Of a DNA stretch of 47,108 bases, positions 8,115-17,101 are shown in pieces; the stretch's first letter is position 1, and each line of letters starts with the position of its first letter. The notes beneath the pieces were generated by a model, which was given only the letters and a program-made list of their open reading frames with translations, ran no database searches and was not told where the DNA came from. The stretch covers positions 1-47,108 of the IMG/VR virus record IMGVR_UViG_3300010376_000053; one strand, given 5' to 3'. The translations under genes were made by a program, and so were the position numbers. The DNA is from a virus. Lineage: Duplodnaviria > Caudoviricetes.

Positions 8115-8880
8115 ACTTGACAACGTCAGACACGTCACCGAGACCGTCAGCTTGGGTAGCTCGTACCTATTCTACGGCGCACCAGGCGTTGGCAAGACAA
8201 CCTTGGCCGCCATGCACCCTAGCAAGCGCAAGCTCTGGCTAGATATGGACCAGAAGCTGCACGAGATGACCCAGCTCCCCAATCGCGGAGCCATCAGCGT
8301 GTGGACCCCGCACGAACCACTCGGCAATCCCGATCGCATAGACATACCGTGGTCCCCGGACCCCAAGAACGTGCAGTCTGGCCAGATCCCATCAAAGAAG
8401 CCCCAGGGATACGAGAGGCTCGTAGCCGTCACCAACGAACTCCTAAGGAACGCGCGAGGCGGCAAGCTCGATTACGACTGCGTCGTGCTCGACACATTCA
8501 CGAGCGTCGGGGACCACTGGACCAGGCTGCTCATGTACACGCACCGAGTCAGCTTCATGACCGAGCGCCTATGGGGCATCTACCTTGCCGGGATGATGGA
8601 GTACCTAAATGGATTCCTTACTCTCCCTTGTGATCGAATTGTCATCTGTCACGAGAAACGAAGAAATGATGAAGATACTCGACAAGATATTGTCAGACCC
8701 TCAGTTGCTGGGCAGATGGGCGACAATCTCATTCGATTTTTCTCGGAAGCTTACTGGCTTACCGGGCGAGAGCGAAGCGGGAAGTACAAGCTTCAAACTG
8801 TCACTGCAAATGGTGCCTCCGCTCGAACTTCAGTTGGTCTCGAGCCGGAAGTGATTGCAGGTCCTGAGATATTCGCCTAA
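8107..8880 (+). CDS. AAA_24 / Sak4-like ATPase (recombination)
   Basis: Walker A YGAPGVGKT, Walker B VVLDT, ICHE; lies between exonuclease and SSB-like gene. Confidence 0.85.
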   Translation: MNELDNVRHVTETVSLGSSYLFYGAPGVGKTTLAAMHPSKRKLWLDMDQKLHEMTQLPNRGAISVWTPHEPLGNPDRIDIPWSPDPKNVQSGQIPSKKPQGYERLVAVTNELLRNARGGKLDYDCVVLDTFTSVGDHWTRLLMYTHRVSFMTERLWGIYLAGMMEYLNGFLTLPCDRIVICHEKRRNDEDTRQDIVRPSVAGQMGDNLIRFFSEAYWLTGRERSGKYKLQTVTANGASARTSVGLEPEVIAGPEIFA

Positions 8881-8936
8881 CCGGCCGGGCAAACCGGCCT
8901 TAAATGGCGTGCGGTAGCACGCTCAGGAGGGTAGGT

Positions 8937-9332
8937 ATGTCAGAAGAAGGCTTCATCAAGATCGATCTCAACGAAGTGGAGGATGGGTCCGACCCCATCC
9001 CGCCGGGCCTGCAGAAGGTCCGCGTAAAGGCTGCCTTCAAGAAGCACAAGGAAGGCAGCGAGTATCCCTACATCGATGTGCGGCTGAGCCCGCTGGAAGC
9101 GGGCGCGAAGTATGACAACCGCATCCTCTTCCTCACCCTCAGCTTTCACCCCCAGGCGCTCTGGAACATGAAGCTCTTCATGAAGAAGGCCCGCGTTCCT
9201 TTCGACGCGGACGGCTTCCACATCGGAGACTTCATCGGGCGGGAGTTGTACGTGACCGTCAACCACCGGCCCGACCGGAACGATCCTGAGACAATCAGGG
9301 CGGAGGTCAACCCGCCCTACGCCGCAGCATAG
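8937..9332 (+). CDS. DUF669-like single-stranded DNA-binding protein
   Basis: AGGAGG SD; DPIPPG..KVRV...YPY, DFIGREL.VTV; typical Sak4 neighbour. Confidence 0.65.
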   Translation: MSEEGFIKIDLNEVEDGSDPIPPGLQKVRVKAAFKKHKEGSEYPYIDVRLSPLEAGAKYDNRILFLTLSFHPQALWNMKLFMKKARVPFDADGFHIGDFIGRELYVTVNHRPDRNDPETIRAEVNPPYAAA

Positions 9333-9341
9333 AACACGATG

Positions 9342-9401
9342 GAGCCCGGGGGCTCCGATGTCCCCCATCGGCAATTGGCTCCCACCATAGCCCCCGGGCT
9401 C
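9342..9401. other. intergenic three-way-junction structure
   Basis: 13-bp inverted repeat GAGCCCGGGGGCT/AGCCCCCGGGCTC enclosing two hairpins with TCCC loops. Confidence 0.55.
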
Positions 9402-9419
9402 TATTCTAAGGAGTGACTG

Positions 9420-10850
9420 ATGCCAGATGAATTAATACCCATCAAGGATATCGTGGTCGGGAACCGAATGCGTAAGTTCTTCGGTGACATCGAGGCGCTC
9501 GCCAACAGCATCGCCCGCTTCGGCCTGATGACGCCCATCGTCCTGGACGAAAATAATAACCTGATCGCTGGCCATCGCCGGATCAAAGCGATGCAGCATC
9601 TAGGTAAGCCCGACATAGCCTTCAGGCGCATGTCCCAGCTGGATGACATCACCAGGCAGGAGTTGGAACTTGAGGAGAACATTCGTCGGAAGGACCTCGA
9701 ATGGCCGGAGGAAGTCATCGGTCTCTATAAGCTCTATACCGCCAAGCAAGCTCGCTATGGGGACAAGGGTAGTACTCTGGCAAGCAACGGCGGTTACGGT
9801 ATCGAAGATGCCGCTCGTGAGCTTGACCGATCAGGCGGCTCGATATCTATGGATCTCGCTTTGGCGCGTGGTTTGTACGAGTATCCTGAACTGACAGAGG
9901 AGAAGACCAAAAGTGCCGCCTTCAAAAGATACCGACGGCTCAAGGAAACGGCCCTACGCTCGGAACTTGCGAAACGAAAGCAGACCGCGACAACTGAGCC
10001 AGAGCCCGAAGAAGACGAAGAGGCTTTTGACGATGAGGAACCTGCAACTGGAGGCGGAATACAACGCCAGCCAATCCGTAAGGCACTATGGAAGGGTCTT
10101 GGAGTCTTCTACCACGCAGACGCCCGCGACGTTCTACGTCAACTCCCAGCGGCATCGGTGGACCTGATCGTCACAGATCCTCCCTATGGGATAGGGATGT
10201 ACCGGGAGGGCGCCCCAGTCAGCTCGTCGAAGTTCGCCTCGAGCCAGGGCACAATGTACGGCGACAATCCCAAAGAGATCATGGACATGCTCGACGAAGT
10301 CTTCATGCACGCGGCCAAGGTCCTTAAGCCCGACGGACATGCCTACGTGTTCTTCCACATGACTCGCTACGAGCCTGTCTACATCATGCTCCGCCGCCAT
10401 TTCGGGACGTGTGAGGCAACGCCAATCATATGGCTCAAGCAAACATCGGGCATCGGGGATCCAAACCGCAACTGGATCTACACATACGAGCCGTGTTTTT
10501 GGGTCAACAGAGGACGCGGGCTGGTCAAGCCACAGCCCTACAACGTGCTCAAGTATGACACGGTCTCGAAGAAGATACACAGCGTTGAGAAGCCCGTCGC
10601 ACTCATGCGCCACATCATCGAAGCGTCAGCCGTCAAGGGTGAGCTCGTCATGGACCCATTCGCCGGAAGTGGCAGCACATTGGTTGCTGCGGCGCAGCTT
10701 GGCTGTAGGTTTGCGGGAGTCGAGAAACATGCTGACTTTTGGCGCTCAGCTGTGGATCGCGTATCGCGTGATCTGGCTTCTCAGGCCGAAGCTGACGCGG
10801 TACCAGCTGATAGCGAGCCTGATAGCGGTGCTGATGCACCAGTCGACTAG
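9420..10850 (+). CDS. ParB/Srx-domain + HTH + N6-adenine/N4-cytosine DNA methyltransferase (beta class) fusion
   Basis: LANSIARFGLMTPIV..LIAGHRR (ParB); TDPPY, H..EKP, DPFAGSG (MTase). Confidence 0.9.
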   Translation: MPDELIPIKDIVVGNRMRKFFGDIEALANSIARFGLMTPIVLDENNNLIAGHRRIKAMQHLGKPDIAFRRMSQLDDITRQELELEENIRRKDLEWPEEVIGLYKLYTAKQARYGDKGSTLASNGGYGIEDAARELDRSGGSISMDLALARGLYEYPELTEEKTKSAAFKRYRRLKETALRSELAKRKQTATTEPEPEEDEEAFDDEEPATGGGIQRQPIRKALWKGLGVFYHADARDVLRQLPAASVDLIVTDPPYGIGMYREGAPVSSSKFASSQGTMYGDNPKEIMDMLDEVFMHAAKVLKPDGHAYVFFHMTRYEPVYIMLRRHFGTCEATPIIWLKQTSGIGDPNRNWIYTYEPCFWVNRGRGLVKPQPYNVLKYDTVSKKIHSVEKPVALMRHIIEASAVKGELVMDPFAGSGSTLVAAAQLGCRFAGVEKHADFWRSAVDRVSRDLASQAEADAVPADSEPDSGADAPVD

Positions 10851-10882
10851 GCTCCAGCTCTGTGCGATCGGCAAGTTCGTCT

Positions 10883-13144
10883 ATGAGCCTAAACGGAACC
10901 ATCGTCCCGCCAAGCGGGTCGCCCTACGGCACGATAGCTATAGTGGCGGCCCGCCCAGGGGAAAATGAATGCCTCACGCACATGCCCCTCACGGGTCCCT
11001 CGGGCAATCTATTGTGGCGCCTTCTCGGAATCCCACGGACGGAGGTATACGTCACCAATGTTCGGAAGGACTTCAGCGAACGTAATTCCGTTCCAACCCC
11101 AGCGGAGATCGACGAGGCGTTGCCGGGGCTGCGGGACGAACTTGCCAAAACGTCTGCCACTCTATTCGTGGCTCTCGGCGCACAAGCACTCTACGCTCTT
11201 ACTGGGAAGTCGTCGATTGAGCAGTGGAGGGGTTCTGTTATACCTTGCAGTCTACTGCCGGGCCGAAAGGTCCTGGCAACCTATCACACGGCTCATGCAC
11301 TCCGCGAGTACCCGACGACTTATATCATAGAACACGATCTACGACGAGCAAGACATGAGTCGCTTTATTCGGATATCCGTAAACGTCCGCGCCAGTTTAT
11401 CATCGACGCCCCCCTTAAGCAAACTGTTGAGTATCTCGACAACCTTGGCGACCCTCTTTCGGTGGACATCGAGACTATCAGCTTTGAGACAATTGACTGT
11501 GTCGGTATCAGTGATAATCCCGAGCGAGCAATATGTATCCCATTTATCGGAGGTCGTCTCACAGCTTCAGAGCTCGCGTATGTTTGGCGTCGGCTCTACA
11601 ATCTCTTTCTGTCCCGTCGAGTCATTGGACAGAACATCCAGTTTGATCTCACCCGGCTCGAGCGATATGGGTTCCGATTCCCACACATCTTCTTCGACAC
11701 CATGCTTGCGCATCATCTCCTCTACCCAGAGTTTGACCACGACCTCGGGTTCATCGTAAGCATCTACACGAAGGAGCCAGCGTACAAACATGAGATCTCA
11801 ACGAACCGCTGGGAGTACAACTGCAAGGACGCGGCGTTCACGTACGAAGCGTACGAAGGACTCTCCAAGGAACTCAAGCAAGCGGGGCAATGGGACTACT
11901 TCTACGAGCACACCATGTCCCTCATTAGACCTGTCATGGCGATGCAATCCGAAGGTTTCGTCATTGACAGACCTGCCCTACATGCTACGAAGAGACGCTT
12001 GGATCTTGAGCGAGAATACTTGCAGCTTATGCTCGAGAAAGAGGTTGGTTATCCTATCAACGTACGGTCGGGGCCCGATCTGCGTAGATTGCTGTATGAA
12101 GATCTACGGCTCCCTGTTAAAAAGCGAACTAAGAAGGCACAAGCCCCAGCCACTGATGAAGAGCTTATTCGCTCCCTTGCTTTTGACTTTCCTCAACACG
12201 CTGGCGTGCTACGCGCAGTGCTCGAAGTGCGCGAACGTCGCACAATGCTGTCTGGTTTCCTCAACTTGGAAGCGGACTCTGACGGTCGCTATAAAGCCAA
12301 CTACTTGATCCATGGGACCAAGAGCGGTCGCTTAAGTAGCCGTGGGCGTGGTGAAGGCCCCCAGCTACAGAACATCCCGCTGATGGCTAGGAAGATGTTT
12401 GTGGCGAGCCCTGGCCATACCTTAATCCAGGGGGATCTCAAACGTGCCGAAGCTATGTTTGTCGCGTTTGATTGTGGTTCGGCGAAGCTCCAGAATCTCT
12501 ACACTAACCCAAAGATCAATCCGTACTGTGAGTTCGCCACCGAAGTCATGCACCGACCCATCACCAAAGCCGATGAGCTCATCTACAAAACCTTCAAACA
12601 AGTGACGCATGCCAGCAATTACGGTATGGCTTGGAAGAAGCTCATCATTGTACTTCGGCTCGCTGGTATCAACATCGAAGACCTCGAGATCCGTGGTCTT
12701 TTCGGTGGAAAGAAGAAAGCCGAGTTCCTCATCGAGAGTTACCATGCTTCGTACCCGGAAATACGACACACTTGGCACCGACGGATCAGAAGTATCGTAC
12801 GACCTACCAGGTGTATTCATGATGCGTTTGGTCGGCGACGTTTATTTCTCGATCGTATGGACGAAGATTTGTTTCGCAAAGCGTACGCCCAGCGACCCCA
12901 ATCTAGTATCGTAACGGTCGCCAACATTGGGGTCCGCCGCCTCGTTGCTCAGGGCTACCGAGTCGTCGCTCAAGTGCACGATTCAATCGTGGTCGAAGTC
13001 CCCGAAGAGGACGAGCACGCCAGTCTGGTAGCCCTCAACGAGGCGATGACAACCCCAGTAGAATCATGGGGTGGCACGTTCACAATCCCAGTGGAGCTTA
13101 AGAGTGGCCACAGCTGGGGCGACTTGCACGAGGTCGAGATATGA
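10883..13144 (+). CDS. polA: family A DNA polymerase with N-terminal uracil-DNA-glycosylase-like domain and 3'-5' exonuclease
   Basis: UDG-like PG..E....P.TGPSG.LL..YVTN; exo DIET / NIQFD / YNCKD; polymerase TKSGRLSS, QNIP, DLKRAE, K...HASNYG, VHDS. Confidence 0.92.
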   Translation: MSLNGTIVPPSGSPYGTIAIVAARPGENECLTHMPLTGPSGNLLWRLLGIPRTEVYVTNVRKDFSERNSVPTPAEIDEALPGLRDELAKTSATLFVALGAQALYALTGKSSIEQWRGSVIPCSLLPGRKVLATYHTAHALREYPTTYIIEHDLRRARHESLYSDIRKRPRQFIIDAPLKQTVEYLDNLGDPLSVDIETISFETIDCVGISDNPERAICIPFIGGRLTASELAYVWRRLYNLFLSRRVIGQNIQFDLTRLERYGFRFPHIFFDTMLAHHLLYPEFDHDLGFIVSIYTKEPAYKHEISTNRWEYNCKDAAFTYEAYEGLSKELKQAGQWDYFYEHTMSLIRPVMAMQSEGFVIDRPALHATKRRLDLEREYLQLMLEKEVGYPINVRSGPDLRRLLYEDLRLPVKKRTKKAQAPATDEELIRSLAFDFPQHAGVLRAVLEVRERRTMLSGFLNLEADSDGRYKANYLIHGTKSGRLSSRGRGEGPQLQNIPLMARKMFVASPGHTLIQGDLKRAEAMFVAFDCGSAKLQNLYTNPKINPYCEFATEVMHRPITKADELIYKTFKQVTHASNYGMAWKKLIIVLRLAGINIEDLEIRGLFGGKKKAEFLIESYHASYPEIRHTWHRRIRSIVRPTRCIHDAFGRRRLFLDRMDEDLFRKAYAQRPQSSIVTVANIGVRRLVAQGYRVVAQVHDSIVVEVPEEDEHASLVALNEAMTTPVESWGGTFTIPVELKSGHSWGDLHEVEI

Positions 13145-13353
13145 GCACAGACCAGCCGGATCGCTCGGGCGCGGACGCCCTCGCTCCGGAGGGCTTGGTA
13201 GGGGAAGAACCGATGGGGCGAAGAACGAGCCTACCGTGGAACTTTCGCTGCATGGAAGACCACTGGCATACGGTGAGCAATGTCACTGAGCTAGTTCACA
13301 ATGCGCCGCGCTGCCTCCTAGAAAGGATCGCGCTCGAATGGGCAATGCTATGA
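13141..13353 (+). CDS. hypothetical protein
   Basis: ATGA overlaps on both sides. Confidence 0.55.
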   Translation: MSTDQPDRSGADALAPEGLVGEEPMGRRTSLPWNFRCMEDHWHTVSNVTELVHNAPRCLLERIALEWAML

Positions 13354-13562
13354 TTCCGTGGGACGAGATCAACGACGCAATACTAGCGACCCTAACGCCA
13401 AGAGAAGAATACGTGCTTCGTAAGTACTTTGGACTCGGGTGCGACAAGGTACCTACCGTCAAGATAGGAGAGTACTTCCACATAGGTCCAAGCGGGGTGG
13501 ATCATATACGCAAGAAGGCTCTCAAGAAGATCGAAGCCCGGTTTGGGAGGATAAATGGATGA
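13350..13562 (+). CDS. stand-alone sigma70 region-4 HTH protein
   Basis: LATLTPREEYVLRKYFGL...IGEYF.I....V..IRKKALKKI matches RpoD region 4. Confidence 0.8.
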   Translation: MIPWDEINDAILATLTPREEYVLRKYFGLGCDKVPTVKIGEYFHIGPSGVDHIRKKALKKIEARFGRING

Positions 13563-14688
13563 GTCATTCCTTGACACCTATCTCCGCTACACCGAAAAGC
13601 AAGAGTCGCCGGCGGAGTTCCACCTATGGGTTGGGATCACAATGGTGGCGGCAGCTATGGGACGCAAATGCTTTATTGAACGAGGATATTACCGACTATA
13701 TCCAAACCTCTTTACAATCCTCGTCGCAGGATCAGCTCGTTGCCGTAAGTCCACTGCTATTAACATCGGTGTTAATCTCCTTAAGGGCGTCCCGACAACT
13801 AGAGTCATTAGCGGTAAGATCACTCCAGAAAAATTCATCAACGAGATCGGTCCCATCCCCGGCCGCGCCGCACCCAACGTGCTGGTGCACAGCGGAGAAC
13901 TCTCAGTCTTCCTCACCAAGCAACAGTACGGCGAGCCCCTGATTCACATCCTGACGGACATGTATGACTGCCCCGAGTCATGGAGCTACAAGACCAAGAA
14001 CCGTGGGGAGGTCACCCTGAGTGATCTATTTCTGTGCATTATTGCTGCTACCACCCCTGACGGCGTTAGTCGTGGCATTCCCCCGTCGGCGCTCGAGGAT
14101 GGGTTTGCGTCGCGTGTTCTCTTCGTCTACAAAAACGACACTACGCGCCGCAACGCTATGCCGTCCCTTACCCCGGAGGAGCACGAAGTCAGGCTCGAGC
14201 TTATCAACAAGCTCGCCGAAATAGGCCAGATGGAGGGCGAGTTCACGCTTGATCCCACGGCCCGTGAGTGGTACGTACACTGGTACGAGAACATGAAGCC
14301 ACCCACTGACAAGCGGATGGAAGGCATGTGGGGACGCAAGCACGATCACCTGTTACGCGTCGCAATGGTTCTTGCTGGCGCAGCAGGACACAGGCTCATT
14401 GAACAGCACCAACTCGAAGCATCGCTCCTCGCCCTCGAGTCGGTCGAGGAGAATACCCATTATGCGCTCAATGAGATCGGTGGGGACAATAATACGCAGT
14501 TCTTGACACGGGCTGCAACCACTGTGCAGCGGCGCATTCGGATCGGCCATTCTGAACTCCTCCGCTCTGTGTACCCATGCCGCGCGGACGTGTTCAAGAA
14601 TATCGTGGAGACCTTGATCGAGTCAGGATTCATGGATCGCGACGTCACGAAACCAGATATGTACGTGTGGTCGGGGAGGCCCCTCTGA
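13555..14688 (+). CDS. DUF3987/YfjI-like P-loop ATPase (putative replicative helicase)
   Basis: ESPAEFHLW, PNLFTILVAGSARCRKST, LTDMYD, GFASRVLFV. Confidence 0.75.
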   Translation: MDESFLDTYLRYTEKQESPAEFHLWVGITMVAAAMGRKCFIERGYYRLYPNLFTILVAGSARCRKSTAINIGVNLLKGVPTTRVISGKITPEKFINEIGPIPGRAAPNVLVHSGELSVFLTKQQYGEPLIHILTDMYDCPESWSYKTKNRGEVTLSDLFLCIIAATTPDGVSRGIPPSALEDGFASRVLFVYKNDTTRRNAMPSLTPEEHEVRLELINKLAEIGQMEGEFTLDPTAREWYVHWYENMKPPTDKRMEGMWGRKHDHLLRVAMVLAGAAGHRLIEQHQLEASLLALESVEENTHYALNEIGGDNNTQFLTRAATTVQRRIRIGHSELLRSVYPCRADVFKNIVETLIESGFMDRDVTKPDMYVWSGRPL

Positions 14689-14912
14689 TGGAGCATGTGA
14701 ACATCGCTGCGCGCATCCCGAAAAGTCTGTGGAAGGAAGCCAAGATCCGCGCGTTCGAGCAAGGCATAACTCTTAGCGATTGGGTAACGGAGGCCCTTAA
14801 TGAATACCTGGCAAGAAATTCCGGGTCTGGATATCCCCGAGGAAATATGGCAGCAGGACCTGGGCGAGTGGTGGAACTGGCAGCCAGAAGAGGAAAGTCC
14901 CCCAGAGGGTAG
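14688..14912 (+). CDS. small ribbon-helix-helix protein
   Basis: VNIAARIPKSLWKEAKIRAFEQGITLSDWVTEAL; TGATG coupling. Confidence 0.7.
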   Translation: MEHVNIAARIPKSLWKEAKIRAFEQGITLSDWVTEALNEYLARNSGSGYPRGNMAAGPGRVVELAARRGKSPRG

Positions 14913-14961
14913 GGACGAACCGTCGGGAGATCGCCTTACCCATCCCTCAGGGGGACTTTAG
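14800..14961 (+). CDS. 53-aa Trp/acidic peptide (not in ORF track)
   Basis: GGAGG SD; MNTWQEIPGLDIPEEIWQQDLGEWWNWQPEEE... Confidence 0.4.
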   Translation: MNTWQEIPGLDIPEEIWQQDLGEWWNWQPEEESPPEGRDEPSGDRLTHPSGGL

Positions 14962-14989
14962 CTCTATACGTTTCAGTTCGTTGAAGCTG

Positions 14990-17101
14990 CTAGCGGACCA
15001 TCTTCACAGGACCTTGCCCGCCCATCTGCGATGCAATGTCTTGACTCAGAGCCCCGCGGGCCGCTTCGGCTGCCCGATGCATCCATGGTAGCTTGCCTTC
15101 CTCGAGTTGCTGTCGCATCTCTTGGATGTCCTGCGTGCCAGCCGCACCAGATTGCATCAAGAATGCCTCGGGCGTAGTTCCTAACGCTTCAGCAAGGTAG
15201 GTCGTCAGCCGAGATAGTCGCCCAGGCCCCACCCGATTTGCCATCCCCTCTGCAAGTTTGGTTGCCAAGTCTGCTGCATGGGGATTTGTCATGATACGGC
15301 CCAGCACCGCTGGACTGGCCAGGAGACCCGCGGCAGCCGCCGCGGTCCGTATAGGAACGCTGTGGGACGTGAAAGCCTCGAGCGCACTGCCAAAGCCAGC
15401 GGCGGTAGCTGCCGTGCCCAGGCCAATCCTCACACCCTGGGTGTCCTTCATGCGGGTGTTCAACAGATCCATCGCGTCGGCTAGCTTCTCGTACTTCTGG
15501 ACGGTATCCTTGCCCATCACCGTCTCGAGGAACTGACGCCCATACTTACCATTCTCCTCAAGCTGCAACCTCATGAGATCGGGCCGCATGATCTCACCTT
15601 TTACGGCACCCTTAGCTACCTGCTGCCACATCGAGGCTCTCACAGCGTTGGCGACATCCGGTCCAGCGGCCGCTTCGAGCTTCAAGAAATTCCCGGCATT
15701 TGAGTCCCTCAGGATCTTCTTGGCATACTCGTCGTAGGAACCCGTCCGACCTAGGAGTCCCTTCACGAAGTCAGTATTGAACTGGCCCTCGTTGAGTTGC
15801 ATGTCAGCATCGGACCACTTACCATAATTCTTGGCTACCTCTTTGGGCAACTTCGCCATCACCCGGCGATCTAGATCCTGGGCAGCAGCCCGAGCCTGAT
15901 CCTGAGCCCACTGCGGCACATTCGCATCGTGGGCAATGACACCCAGTTGCTCCCTTGCGTGCTGAACTTCGCTAAATGTAGGCGACGTTCCAAGGGCGCC
16001 GATCAACGACCCAGGTGAATCTCTGTTTAGAGCAGAATAGCCCTTGCTTATACTTTGGTCGAACCTAAAGCCCTCAGGAAGAAAGCCATTGATCGCGTTA
16101 ATACCAGCTCGACGAGCCGCGATCAAGGGGCTGTAGCGACCGTCCACGGCATTCGAGATCGCTTCACCCAAACGCTCTCTAGGAAGAACCTCGCCAAAAG
16201 TGTCACCCAAATTGTTGACAGCCATCCCGAGCATCTTTGCCCGAGTTCCTTTGAATTTATCTATGAACGACCGACCAATCGTCGAGCTGTTAGCTACCTT
16301 CTGCAACAGCGTGTAGAGACTCTTGTCCGAGGCCTCCGCAACAGTTTGGGGGTTTCCCATCGCAACGAACCGGGCCTCACGAGGATCTAGACCTGCCTTG
16401 CGGAGATTTGCGGCGGCTGCAGTCGCGTCAACATCCGTCTCAGGCGACGACCATCGTTTGAGTGGATTCCAGCTAATTTCGCCCGGGGGCTTCCCGGTGA
16501 TCTTCTCGTACACACCTTTCAAGCGGTCCGTCATGTCCGTCATGTTAGCCATCTCTTCGGGAGACAGCTGCTTCTTGAACGGAACAAGAACACCCTTGAT
16601 TAGTGGATTGGCTATCTGCCCGTAGGTCTCTGCGAGGGCCGTGTCGGTGCCCGCCGCCAAGCTGTGCGCAAGCGACTCGCTAAATGAATCCGAGCCCTCG
16701 CCACCCGTGATGCCTAGGCGACGCTTGGTCTCCTCGAGGGTCATCTGGGCACCAGTCGAAGCGAGCGCGCCACCCGTGATGGCGCCCCCAGCAGCGGCTA
16801 CCTCCGGAACCGGGTAGGGTAAATTCTCAGTGTACCTATACGCCGCTGCTGCGCCCTTCTCGGCGCCCTTCATACCCGCATAGATTGCCGGAGCCTTCCT
16901 CACGAGGCCAGCAATGATGCCGTCCCCACTAGGCTGGAACATCGGGGGCAGATTCGGGTCCTCAGAAGCCAAGAAAGCCCCACCCGGCGGGGTAGCCTGA
17001 ACGGATGGCGGAGCGGGCGATGCTCGACTCTGACGAACTAACTCCTCCTGAAGTAACTTGAGGCGAAGGAGCCTATCCTCAGAAGACAGATCCTCCGCCA
17101 T
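14990..17101 (-). CDS. internal virion / DNA ejection protein
   Basis: 703 aa, Ala/Gly-rich helical, last gene of the late operon as in podoviruses. Confidence 0.65.
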   Translation of the reverse strand: MAEDLSSEDRLLRLKLLQEELVRQSRASPAPPSVQATPPGGAFLASEDPNLPPMFQPSGDGIIAGLVRKAPAIYAGMKGAEKGAAAAYRYTENLPYPVPEVAAAGGAITGGALASTGAQMTLEETKRRLGITGGEGSDSFSESLAHSLAAGTDTALAETYGQIANPLIKGVLVPFKKQLSPEEMANMTDMTDRLKGVYEKITGKPPGEISWNPLKRWSSPETDVDATAAAANLRKAGLDPREARFVAMGNPQTVAEASDKSLYTLLQKVANSSTIGRSFIDKFKGTRAKMLGMAVNNLGDTFGEVLPRERLGEAISNAVDGRYSPLIAARRAGINAINGFLPEGFRFDQSISKGYSALNRDSPGSLIGALGTSPTFSEVQHAREQLGVIAHDANVPQWAQDQARAAAQDLDRRVMAKLPKEVAKNYGKWSDADMQLNEGQFNTDFVKGLLGRTGSYDEYAKKILRDSNAGNFLKLEAAAGPDVANAVRASMWQQVAKGAVKGEIMRPDLMRLQLEENGKYGRQFLETVMGKDTVQKYEKLADAMDLLNTRMKDTQGVRIGLGTAATAAGFGSALEAFTSHSVPIRTAAAAAGLLASPAVLGRIMTNPHAADLATKLAEGMANRVGPGRLSRLTTYLAEALGTTPEAFLMQSGAAGTQDIQEMRQQLEEGKLPWMHRAAEAARGALSQDIASQMGGQGPVKMVR

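Noticed and set aside
8107-8880. ATPase as the sigma54 enhancer-binding protein
   Set aside because: No GAFTGA loop; motifs and neighbours fit Sak4/AAA_24
13264-13279. TGGCAT-ACGGT-GAGCA as another sigma54 promoter
   Set aside because: Inside a CDS and lacks the TT of the -12 box
1-14900. Frequent CTCGAG/TCGA as the methyltransferase target
   Set aside because: Explained by CTC-GAG (Leu-Glu) codon pairs; enrichment cannot be established without counting
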